From Planctomycetota bacterium (GTDB taxonomy: Bacteria > Planctomycetota > MHYJ01 > WSZJ01): 64,000 bases of DNA. Under the pieces are notes generated by a model, which ran no database searches, had not been told where the DNA came from, and saw only the letters and a program-made list of their open reading frames with translations. Of this stretch, positions 49,089-57,634 are shown in pieces (the first letter of the stretch is position 1; each line of letters starts with the position of its first letter). The stretch is taken from NCBI GenBank assembly GCA_038060895.1, contig JBBTCT010000029.1:1-64000 (forward strand). The letters are read 5' to 3'. The position numbers and the translations under genes are program-made.

Positions 49089-49940
49089 CTACGAGACGGA
49101 TGTGAGCTCCCGCTCGAGGGCCTCGGTACGGGAACCAGCCCACAGGTAGATCATGCTCGTGCTCCTGGTGACGCGCTTGCACTCGTGCCGGTGGTCCGGA
49201 AACAACCGGAGGAATTCCAGGACGCGGGTCTGCGATGCCTTCATTTCGCCAATGATGTAGGGGACCTGCTGAATTCTCCGGGAACGGGAAAATGCCGGAG
49301 TCTCAATGCCCTCGACGTCGAATTTCACCAGGTCAACGGCGCCACCTGCCGTTTCGAGGATCTCGTCAAGCGTGAACACCCGGCAGGCGACCTTTCGCTT
49401 CCTGGCTTCCGGCTTGTCGGTGACCAGGGAATTGGAGGCGGGCGAATCCTCGTAGACATGCAGCATCGACACTCCCGCCTTTTCGCCCACGGCGGCCTGA
49501 TGAAGAAAAATTCCGGGGTGAAACCGGGTGTTGAGCGACAGAAGGTGAAAACTCTCAGCACACGGCTCGTAGGCGTGAATCTCGGCGGCGGGCAACCTGC
49601 GTTTCAACCATAGCGTCGCCAGGCCGATGTGTGCACCCAGATCCACGATTCGACGGGGCGGATCCGCGCACAGTTGCGGCATCCAGTAGGGATCTCCGCG
49701 GTGAATCTCGTTCAGGATGAAGATGTCAGGCGGACGCAGGTGAAGCAACTGAGGCTTGCGTCCGAGGCGAATGTTCACGACGAATTTACGGGAGTTCAGA
49801 TTCCAACGCTTCAATCCCCACTTGAAGCGCGGGAGCATCCAGGCGAGCGAGCAGCGTGACCGGAGATTTGAACCGAGGTGAAATCCCGTCTGCGCGAATT
49901 CAAGCAGTGTCCGGAACTTCCTCAAGAGCGTGTTCAGCAA
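49089..49940 (-). CDS. FkbM family methyltransferase
   Basis: IVDLGAHIG, AYEP, VKFDVEGIE. Start uncertain. Confidence 0.82.
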   Translation of the reverse strand: MLNTLLRKFRTLLEFAQTGFHLGSNLRSRCSLAWMLPRFKWGLKRWNLNSRKFVVNIRLGRKPQLLHLRPPDIFILNEIHRGDPYWMPQLCADPPRRIVDLGAHIGLATLWLKRRLPAAEIHAYEPCAESFHLLSLNTRFHPGIFLHQAAVGEKAGVSMLHVYEDSPASNSLVTDKPEARKRKVACRVFTLDEILETAGGAVDLVKFDVEGIETPAFSRSRRIQQVPYIIGEMKASQTRVLEFLRLFPDHRHECKRVTRSTSMIYLWAGSRTEALERELTSVS

Positions 49941-50090
49941 TCTGGAGCCTCGCTTCCATCGAAAGGCGATGGGTGGGGCTCCTGGATCGGTCAGGATCGA
50001 GGCATTTCCTGGGCCCTCCCTGAGGGCAATAACCGATCGTGAAAGATCCGATTAGCACGAATGTGCGGGATTAACTTCTCGCGGCGCCGA

Positions 50091-50804
50091 TCAGCCTGGA
50101 AACAAGGCCCGCGCTTCCGCCTCGAGGTCTGCGGCGCTTTCACAGGTTTCCCGCATCTCGTCGAGCACGATCTTCCGCCAGCGGGTCCTCGCGTTGTGGA
50201 GCCAGTTGCGAACGTCCGATGTCGAGATTTTGAACTCCTTTGCCAGTTCGTCGTAGGTCGTGCCGCCCTGCGTCGGCCGTTCGATTTCGTAGCGACGGAA
50301 CACTTCGTAGTAGGCGTCCTTTCCTTCCTTTGCGAACTCGTCTCGCAGCCGCGGCAGGCACCGCTCGAACATGGACTCCAGCCATTCGCGGTCGAACAGC
50401 GAATCCGGGTCGCCTTCCCGCGAAGCAAGCTCCTCGGCCTCCCCGACGTCGTCGAGGCTCAGCGCCGGCTTCCCGCCGCCGCGTTTTTCGGCCTTGGCAT
50501 CCCGGTGCTGCTTTCGCAGGAAGTTCTCCAGCGACGCCTTCAGAAACCGCCGGAACGAGCCTCTTGCAGGGTCGGCCTTCGCGAGGAAGTCGCTTCTCAG
50601 CGCCTCGGCAAAGAACGACTGCGTCAGGTCTTTGGCGTCCTCGTTGGACCTTCGCCACTTTCTCCGGACGTACAGGTAAGCGGGCTTCCAGTAGTGGGTG
50701 GCCAGGAAGTCGGCGCTCTCGGCGTCGGGCCGGTCGATGAGGCGGCTCCACGCGGTCGGGGGGAAGTCCGCCGGGCCGGGGATGCTGGTGTCGTGTTCGG
50801 CCAC
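50091..50804 (-). CDS. ECF sigma factor (kinase-associated type)
   Basis: FPPTAWSRL, YWKPAYLY, DAKDLTQSFF, RGSFRRFL, KRGGG, FDREW, YDELA. Confidence 0.88.
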   Translation of the reverse strand: MAEHDTSIPGPADFPPTAWSRLIDRPDAESADFLATHYWKPAYLYVRRKWRRSNEDAKDLTQSFFAEALRSDFLAKADPARGSFRRFLKASLENFLRKQHRDAKAEKRGGGKPALSLDDVGEAEELASREGDPDSLFDREWLESMFERCLPRLRDEFAKEGKDAYYEVFRRYEIERPTQGGTTYDELAKEFKISTSDVRNWLHNARTRWRKIVLDEMRETCESAADLEAEARALFPG

Positions 50805-50934
50805 AGCGGGACGATAGCGGGACTGGGGAGGCGCGGCAAGCGCGGGCGGAATCGCGAATCGCCGCAATGGATTTCTGGTTTCCGGTTACAGGGCGTGTCG
50901 GGCATTCCGCCAGATGCCCCTTTGGAGAACACAC

Positions 50935-52332
50935 ATGGTCCGACTGACAGCGGTCTCGTTCGTCCTCGTTCTGCTGGTCGCCTTCCCGGGATGCCGCAGG
51001 AGGAAAAGTGGAGACACGTTTGTCTCTGCCGGGGGCGTTTTCACGACGGATAACTTCCCCGGGTCCGCCGTGCAGGACGGCAACGTGGCCGACGACAAGC
51101 GCGCGTTCAGTCCTTCCGGGAAGGGGGCGCGGGAGCTTCGATGCACGTTCAACGGCGACCACGGCACGGCGCTGGCGACCTACGAGTCCGTGGACTCGGC
51201 CGGAGATCCCGCAGGAATCTATGCGCATTACTTCGACGGCGAAACGTGGACGCCGCCGGATTCGGCCTTTTCGGAGAGGCTGAGCGCACCGATGGTCCTG
51301 AGCCCGGACCTTGACGGCAATGACGCCGGATTCTTCCTCTTCCAGCGCGGCCTCGGGTACCGGTGCGGGTGCCAGTCCGATCCGGACGTCGTGAACCTGT
51401 TCTTCGAAGTCAGCGATTCGACGCAGGACGCCGTCCATCACGCGCGCCTCACAGCCGACCTTGACCTGCCAGGCGTCGTGCCCGCGGCGGTCGTGACGCC
51501 CTTCGAGACCTTCCTGCAGGACGACCTCCTGGCCCTCTTCGGCCCGAACCTCGGCAACAATGACTTCGTAGCCGCTGACGCCGGTGACGGCGGCGAGTGC
51601 GTTGCGTTCTACAGAAAGCACTTCGACGCGGCAGGAGTGAACGACCACCGCCTCTTCGCACGCAGGACCGGCGGCGGCCTGGCCGTTGAAATCGGAAGCG
51701 GTGTGCCGAACAGGTCGGTCAACACGTACGGGGAGCTGTCGCTCGCGATCACGCCGCCCGGGGAGGAAGTCGGGTTTTTCGATCCGGCCTCGACGGAAGA
51801 CGATCCGCAGCGTGCCCACCCGGCGTCGCGTGTCCACGTGTTCTTCTACGAAGACGCGATTTCGGAGATGGACGGCCTGGGAGACGAGATGCGCACGCGT
51901 GCTTACGTTGCAGGCCTGTCCGGCGGAGCGGACGGCGACGCCTTCGTGCCGAACGCGGGCGCTGCGTTCCAGCCGCCCTTCGAGATGGGTATCGGCGGCA
52001 CGCCCCCTGAAATCGACCAGTACTACGACCTGGGCGGCATCGCCGTGGCCGGAGATGCCGTGGGAGTCTGGTTCGCGGACTCGGGACACATCTACTACCA
52101 GGAGTACTCTCCGGACCCTGAGCCCGGCCTCGGCTGGCGGAACGACGGCGGTTTCCCGAATCCGATCCTCGTGGACGACGACAGCGAGTTCGAGGCGAAC
52201 AAGATCAAGGTCTTTACGCGCTCGTGCACCTGCGAGTCACTTTCACAGTCGACCGTCTTCTGGAACAAGGTCTTCGCGCCGGATGAAGGCCCGGAGGGAA
52301 GGCTGCAGGTGAGGGTGAGAGAGGGCGAATAG
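50935..52332 (+). CDS. Hypothetical acidic lipoprotein
   Basis: GGAG RBS; signal peptide ending FPGC. Confidence 0.7.
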   Translation: MVRLTAVSFVLVLLVAFPGCRRRKSGDTFVSAGGVFTTDNFPGSAVQDGNVADDKRAFSPSGKGARELRCTFNGDHGTALATYESVDSAGDPAGIYAHYFDGETWTPPDSAFSERLSAPMVLSPDLDGNDAGFFLFQRGLGYRCGCQSDPDVVNLFFEVSDSTQDAVHHARLTADLDLPGVVPAAVVTPFETFLQDDLLALFGPNLGNNDFVAADAGDGGECVAFYRKHFDAAGVNDHRLFARRTGGGLAVEIGSGVPNRSVNTYGELSLAITPPGEEVGFFDPASTEDDPQRAHPASRVHVFFYEDAISEMDGLGDEMRTRAYVAGLSGGADGDAFVPNAGAAFQPPFEMGIGGTPPEIDQYYDLGGIAVAGDAVGVWFADSGHIYYQEYSPDPEPGLGWRNDGGFPNPILVDDDSEFEANKIKVFTRSCTCESLSQSTVFWNKVFAPDEGPEGRLQVRVREGE

Positions 52333-52343
52333 GGACCGGTGAA

Positions 52344-52369
52344 GCGCGGGGCCGCCCGCGGCCCCGCGC
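52344..52369. terminator. GC-rich hairpin between convergent genes
   Basis: GCGCGGGGCCGC-CC-GCGGCCCCGCGC. Confidence 0.6.
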
Positions 52370-52379
52370 CGTCACGGGT

Positions 52380-52919
52380 TCAGGGGGCGAAGCGCCACAT
52401 TCCGTTCTCTTTCACGAAGCGCAGCGTTCCCGATTTCCACTCCGGGTCGAAATAATCGACCGTTGCCTTCCCGCTCTCCAGCTTGATCGCCTTGGTTTCC
52501 TTGATCACCCGCGGCAGCCGTGTGCTCCCCTTCATGATTTCCATTCCCACCCACTCCGCCGCGAGCTTCGCCGGGGCCCCCTGCGAAAACTGCTCAGGCT
52601 TCATCCCGCGCCCCCGAATTTTCGTTTCCGCCGATTTCCGGGTCGCGTCATCTCCGCCGGCAAGATCGCGTTTCAACGCCTCGACTTCTGCGGTTGCCTG
52701 CTTCTGAAACTCGGCCGACAGCAGGCCGTAGAGCTTCTGCCAGTCCTGGGAAGCGATTGCCGCCTTGTAGGCATCAATCGTCGCCGTGGGAGACGTGGCG
52801 TCCCCGGCCGTCTTGTTCGATCCGCTCCCGCCGGGAAGCGGGTTCGGGATTTCCTTCACCTTGTCGCAGGCCGCCAGCGCGGCGGCGCAGAAAACCCCTG
52901 CCAGGATCCGTCGCTTCAT
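52380..52919 (-). CDS. Hypothetical lipoprotein
   Basis: MKRR...LAAC lipobox; ends FVKENGMWRF; GGAGAGG RBS. Confidence 0.8.
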   Translation of the reverse strand: MKRRILAGVFCAAALAACDKVKEIPNPLPGGSGSNKTAGDATSPTATIDAYKAAIASQDWQKLYGLLSAEFQKQATAEVEALKRDLAGGDDATRKSAETKIRGRGMKPEQFSQGAPAKLAAEWVGMEIMKGSTRLPRVIKETKAIKLESGKATVDYFDPEWKSGTLRFVKENGMWRFAP

Positions 52920-53002
52920 CCATGCCTCTCCGCAGTTGTGTCCCGGAAAAGTCTAACATCCGCCTCTCGCCAACCGCGCCCCGCCGTGTTACGACGATCC
53001 AC

Positions 53003-55360
53003 GTGCAGGATTCACGCGAGGGCCCGAAGCGCTTCGGAAAATTTTCGCTCCTCCGCGAGCTGGGCCGCGGCGGCATGGGGGTCGTCTGGCTCGCGCGCGA
53101 CAACGACCTGGGCCGCGAGGTCGCGCTGAAGATGCTGCTCTCCACCGAGATTTCGCCCGTGGATATGGAGCGCTTCCGCCGCGAATCCCGCGCCGCGGCG
53201 AAACTGAACCACCCGAACATCGTGCCGGTGTACGAGATGGGGATGGAGGGCGGGCGGGCGTACTTCACGATGGAGTTCGTGAAGGGGCATTCGCTGGAGC
53301 GGCGGATGCCGGAGATGCCTCTTCGGCGGCGGATCGAAATCGTGAGGGACGTTGCGAAGGCGTTGCACTACGCGCACGGCCTGGGCGTGGTGCACCGCGA
53401 CATCAAGCCGTCGAACGTGGCGTTGTCGGCGGACGGGCATCCCATGATCATGGACTTCGGGCTCGCCAAGCACCTGGGCGACACGCGCAACCTGACGCAG
53501 AGCGGGACGATCATGGGAACGCCGAACTTCATGAGTCCGGAGCAGGCGCAGGGGGATCCGGAAGCGATTGACGGCCGCAGCGACGTGTTCTCTCTCGGCG
53601 CGGTGCTCTATTACCTGCTGACCGATCGGCCGCCCTTCGAGAGGGCAGACACGATGAAGACGGTGCTCGCGGTGCTGGGCGAGTCTCCGGTTTCGCCCCG
53701 GAAGATCAACGCTTCGGTCCCCATGGACGTGGAGACGATCTGCCTCAAGGCGCTCGCGAAGGCGCCAGAGCGGCGCTACAAATCGGCCGAGGAGTTTGCC
53801 TCCGACCTGGACCGGTACCTGGCGGGATCCCAGATTGTCGCCCGCCCCCCGGGCGCCGCCGAGCGCGCCGGGGCCTGGATCCGCCGTCACACGGCTATCA
53901 GCGCCGCCGGAATCGTCGCCGTTCTGGGCCTCGCCGCCGTCGCCGTCGTGTGGGGCGCCGGCGCGGGGGACCGAACCGACCGGGAACGGCAGGCGGCCGT
54001 CGAAGCGGAGAAGCGCAAGAAGGAAGAGGCCGCTTCGGCCCGCCGTGCCGCCGCCGCCGAATGGGTCCGCCCCGGGCGCGAGCAACTGGACATTGCCGAG
54101 CGCTGCATGATGACGGGCCGCGCCGAGGATCTGCGAGCGGCGCTGGACCGCGCCATTGAGGCGTTCGGGAAGGCGCTGGCCGCCGATGAAGGTTGCCCCG
54201 AAGCCCTCGCAGGGAGGGGAAGGGCCCGGCGGCTCCGCGGAGAACACGACGGCGCCATTTCCGACTTGTCGCGCGCCGGAAATCTTCCGGAAGCAGTCTA
54301 CGAACTCGCACTTGCCCGCCTGGATCTCTTCGTGGAGGCCAGGACCAAAGCCCAGGCCGAGCCTGTGTCCCGCGGGCCGGGTGCAGCGGTCTCCATCGCC
54401 CGGCAACGCCAACTTGCCGCCGCCGAAGACCTCGCGCGCGCCGCCTCCATCCCCCCGCCTCCCGGCCGCGACTGGATGCCGCTTCACTCCCGTGCCGCGC
54501 TCGCATTTCTGGCTGCGAAGCTTCCCGAGGCTCTCATCGACCTCGACAGGGTGATTGAGTTGAATCCATTTCGCGACGACGCCCTGGCTCTTCGAGCGTA
54601 CATCCGGCTCCTGCAAGCGCCCGCCGGCGTCGCTGGCGCCGTTTCCGACCTCGACCGCGCGGTGCAGGCAAACGCGCTTTCGGCTTCGCACCGGAATCTT
54701 CGCGGGGTCGCAAAGGGCCTCTCTGGAGACACGAAAGGCGCGCTGGCGGACTTCGACGCGGCCGTTGCGCTCGACGCAGGGTTAGTGCCCGCCCGCCTGA
54801 ATCGATCGTCGTCGCGACTCGCCGCGGGCGACTCCGCCGGCGCGGAGGCCGACGCCGAAGCTGTCCTCGCGAAGGCGCCGGACGACTTGCTCGCGCTGCA
54901 GGCGAGAGCCGAGGCCCGCATTGCGCTGCGCAACGGAGCCGGGGCGGACGACGACCTCTCGCGTGCCTTGCTCCTTGTCCCCGGCACCCCCTCGCTTCGG
55001 TTGCGCCGCGCCGTGGCGCGCCGACTTTGCGGAAGGCTGAAGGAAGCGGCGGAAGATGCCCGGCTGGCCTGCGAGTCGCCGGACTCCGATCTCAGGCTGC
55101 GCGCCATGCTGGAACTGGCCGACGACCTGGGTGCCGTGCCCGGAACACAAGAGTGGGAACTCTACGCTACCCACGTCCAGCACGTCTCCGTGACGTCAAA
55201 GGCCGATTCCGGAGAGGAGATGTTCCGGCTGGGGATCGCGTTCCAGGAACGTGGCGAGAAGGAGCGCGCCCGGGACATTCTCGAACAGTTCCTTCGGCTC
55301 TGTCGCGGTCATGCCAGGTCGGAAGATGCTCGCAAGGCGCTGGACGAACTGAGCCGCTAG
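53003..55360 (+). CDS. Ser/Thr kinase with TM and TPR domain
   Basis: LGRGGMGVV, VALK, HRDIKPSN, DFG, MSPEQ; TPRs. Confidence 0.92.
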   Translation: MQDSREGPKRFGKFSLLRELGRGGMGVVWLARDNDLGREVALKMLLSTEISPVDMERFRRESRAAAKLNHPNIVPVYEMGMEGGRAYFTMEFVKGHSLERRMPEMPLRRRIEIVRDVAKALHYAHGLGVVHRDIKPSNVALSADGHPMIMDFGLAKHLGDTRNLTQSGTIMGTPNFMSPEQAQGDPEAIDGRSDVFSLGAVLYYLLTDRPPFERADTMKTVLAVLGESPVSPRKINASVPMDVETICLKALAKAPERRYKSAEEFASDLDRYLAGSQIVARPPGAAERAGAWIRRHTAISAAGIVAVLGLAAVAVVWGAGAGDRTDRERQAAVEAEKRKKEEAASARRAAAAEWVRPGREQLDIAERCMMTGRAEDLRAALDRAIEAFGKALAADEGCPEALAGRGRARRLRGEHDGAISDLSRAGNLPEAVYELALARLDLFVEARTKAQAEPVSRGPGAAVSIARQRQLAAAEDLARAASIPPPPGRDWMPLHSRAALAFLAAKLPEALIDLDRVIELNPFRDDALALRAYIRLLQAPAGVAGAVSDLDRAVQANALSASHRNLRGVAKGLSGDTKGALADFDAAVALDAGLVPARLNRSSSRLAAGDSAGAEADAEAVLAKAPDDLLALQARAEARIALRNGAGADDDLSRALLLVPGTPSLRLRRAVARRLCGRLKEAAEDARLACESPDSDLRLRAMLELADDLGAVPGTQEWELYATHVQHVSVTSKADSGEEMFRLGIAFQERGEKERARDILEQFLRLCRGHARSEDARKALDELSR

Positions 55361-55500
55361 GCGGGTCGAGATTTGTCGTGAGTGGCGGAACCCCGGCGCC
55401 GTAGCTGCCAGGCCTCGAACCATTCGATGGCTCGCAGCGCCGCGAAGGGCATTACGAGGATTGAGATGCACGTCACGACGATCTGGATCTCAGGGTTCAC
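55357..55500 (-). CDS. Putative small membrane protein (47 aa), not in the ORF track
   Basis: GTG start, MNPEIQIVVTCISILVMPFAALRAIEWFEAWQLRRRGSATHDKSRPA*; overlaps the upstream small ORF. Confidence 0.45.
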   Translation of the reverse strand: MNPEIQIVVTCISILVMPFAALRAIEWFEAWQLRRRGSATHDKSRPA

Positions 55501-55738
55501 GGTGGAGTCTCATTCCGATGAGGAGACAACTCAGGGCAGATCCGGACATCAGCAGATAGTACCAGAGCGGAAGCGAGTGATGCGGCGCAGGATCATCCGG
55601 ACGTGCAAGCTTCAGTGCGGGTTCGAACACCAGAAACACGAGGACGAGGCTGCTGGTTTCCATAAACCAGTCCGCCATCGCCTTCCGGCGAGAGGATCGG
55701 GAGGGAGTGACGGGTGGGTGGGGAGTCGATTCGTTCAT
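55490..55738 (-). CDS. Small two-TM protein (82 aa)
   Basis: Two hydrophobic segments; directly downstream of a near-consensus promoter. Confidence 0.6.
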   Translation of the reverse strand: MNESTPHPPVTPSRSSRRKAMADWFMETSSLVLVFLVFEPALKLARPDDPAPHHSLPLWYYLLMSGSALSCLLIGMRLHREP

Positions 55739-55747
55739 GACCTGAAC

Positions 55748-55776
55748 ATCATAACGTTGTATTATACTAGTGTCAA
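55748..55776 (-). promoter_or_regulatory. Near-consensus sigma70 promoter
   Basis: Minus strand TTGACA-17 nt-TATGAT, 9 nt before ATG 55738. Confidence 0.75.
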
Positions 55777-55941
55777 GTGCTGTCGTTGAAAATATTGTAG
55801 AAATTGTGCTTCAATCGTTCTCCCGCGTCCCCTTCGTACACTCCCGCACGCCTTCGCCTCCAACATTGATTCGCAACCCCTTCTATGGTAATCACTTGCG
55901 TATCGGGCGCTCCGGCCCGGGGATTGCGAAAGGACGCGCCG

Positions 55942-57498
55942 ATGATCGAAACGCTCCGCGAAGACCTGAAAGTCTACATCCGCGCCCGCTACCCCGTGCT
56001 TTACCTGGTCTCGGGGGAAGAAGAGCGCGTCGGGCGGATGATCGCGCGCATCGCCGCGGATCTGCAGAAGAAGGTCTACTCGTGGACCTGCTCCGGCGGT
56101 TTCGACGCGGCGCACGTCGAGCACGACCTCCTCGACGGGCCCAAACCCATGCTGGCCAGTCCCGTTGACTTCGGCGAAACGAACACGAAGTCGGCCGCCA
56201 CGAAGACCCCCGCCGGCGCCCTCGACTTCGTCCTTAACTCCGCCGAGCGCGCGCTTTTCGTCCTTCACGATTTCCACCCCTACCTCGATGAACCCGCCGT
56301 CGTGCGCCGCCTGCGCGACGTCATCATGAACCTGAAGAAGTCGTTCAAGACGCTCATCCTCGTTTCGCCCGTGCTCAAGATCCCCGAGGAAATCGAGCGC
56401 GACGTCACCGTCGTCGACATCCCGCTCCCCGACGAAAAGGAACTCGCCGAACTCCTCAGGGCATTCCTCAATTCCGTCAAGTCCGACGGACGCATCGCCG
56501 TCGCCGAGGACAAGGACCTCTTCGAACGCGTCGCCCGCGCCGCCCAGGGCCTCACCGAGTCCCAGGCCTCCAACGTCTTCGCTCGCGCCGCCGTGAACGA
56601 CCGCAAGTTCAACGCGCAGGATCTGCCCCTCATCCTCGCGGAAAAAAAACAGGTGCTGCGCAAAGCCGGTATCCTCGAGTTCTTCGAACATCAGGAATCC
56701 ATGGCCAGCGTCGGCGGGCTCGAAAACCTCAAAAAGTGGCTCGGGTCCCGCAAGGACGCCTTCAGCGAACGGGCCCGTACCTACGGCCTCCCCCAACCCA
56801 AGGGTTGCCTCCTTCTCGGCGTCCAGGGATGCGGCAAAAGCCTTTCCGCAAAGGCCATCGCCGCGACCTGGAAGCTGCCGCTGCTCCGCCTCGACATCGG
56901 CTCGCTCTTCTCCAGCTACATCGGCGCCTCCGAGGCCAACATGCGCAAGGCCATCCTCACGGCGGAAGGCCTCGCGCCGGTGGTGCTCTGGCTCGACGAA
57001 ATCGAGAAGGGATTTGCCGGCATGAAGAGCGGCGGGAATTCCGATGCCGGGGCGTCGCTCCGCGTTTTCTCCACGTTCCTGACGTGGATGCAGGAGAAGA
57101 CAAAGGCGGTCTTCGTCGTGGCGACGGCCAACCGGATTGCGGACCTGCCCCCCGAGTTGCTGCGAAAAGGGCGCTTCGACGAGATTTTCTTCCTGGACCT
57201 CCCGTCGGCCGCCGAGCGCGAGGAAATTTTCCGCATTCATGTCGCGAAGCGGAAACGCGAGCCGGGACGCTTCGACCTGAAGGCGCTCGCAGCGGCGGCG
57301 AAAGGATTCAACGGCGCGGAGGTGGAAGAAGCGATCGTGGCGGCGATGTACAAGGGATTTTCCGAGGACCGTGAGTTCGGCGGGGCGGACGTGCTGGCGG
57401 CGGTGGGGGAGACGGTGCCGCTTTCGGCGACGATGGCGGAAGAGATCGGCCAGTTGCGCGACTGGTGCAAGGGGCGCGCGCGCCTGGCGGGGGGATAG
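55942..57498 (+). CDS. AAA+ ATPase, Ycf46-like
   Basis: IRARYP...EEER N-domain; GVQGCGKS, LWLDEIEK, PPELLRKGRFDE. Confidence 0.9.
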   Translation: MIETLREDLKVYIRARYPVLYLVSGEEERVGRMIARIAADLQKKVYSWTCSGGFDAAHVEHDLLDGPKPMLASPVDFGETNTKSAATKTPAGALDFVLNSAERALFVLHDFHPYLDEPAVVRRLRDVIMNLKKSFKTLILVSPVLKIPEEIERDVTVVDIPLPDEKELAELLRAFLNSVKSDGRIAVAEDKDLFERVARAAQGLTESQASNVFARAAVNDRKFNAQDLPLILAEKKQVLRKAGILEFFEHQESMASVGGLENLKKWLGSRKDAFSERARTYGLPQPKGCLLLGVQGCGKSLSAKAIAATWKLPLLRLDIGSLFSSYIGASEANMRKAILTAEGLAPVVLWLDEIEKGFAGMKSGGNSDAGASLRVFSTFLTWMQEKTKAVFVVATANRIADLPPELLRKGRFDEIFFLDLPSAAEREEIFRIHVAKRKREPGRFDLKALAAAAKGFNGAEVEEAIVAAMYKGFSEDREFGGADVLAAVGETVPLSATMAEEIGQLRDWCKGRARLAGG

Positions 57499-57547
57499 CG
57501 AACATGGGAGTGAAGAAATCGTCATGCGTCGCGCGAGATTGTGAACT

Positions 57548-57579
57548 CCCTTCGACTCACCCTGCGGGCTCGCTCAGGG
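57548..57579 (-). repeat. REP-like element copy 3
   Basis: Minus strand CCC-TGAGCGAGC-CCGCAGGGT-GAGTCGAA-GGG. Confidence 0.65.
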
Positions 57580-57634
57580 TAAGCCGGGCCGAGCGGGGTG
57601 TCCCTGACCGAACTCATTCACATGGCCCGGCCTG

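Noticed and set aside
55744-55772. dif-like Xer site
   Set aside because: The spacer is 7 bp and the XerD arm matches TTATGTTAAAT poorly; the sequence is better explained as a promoter.
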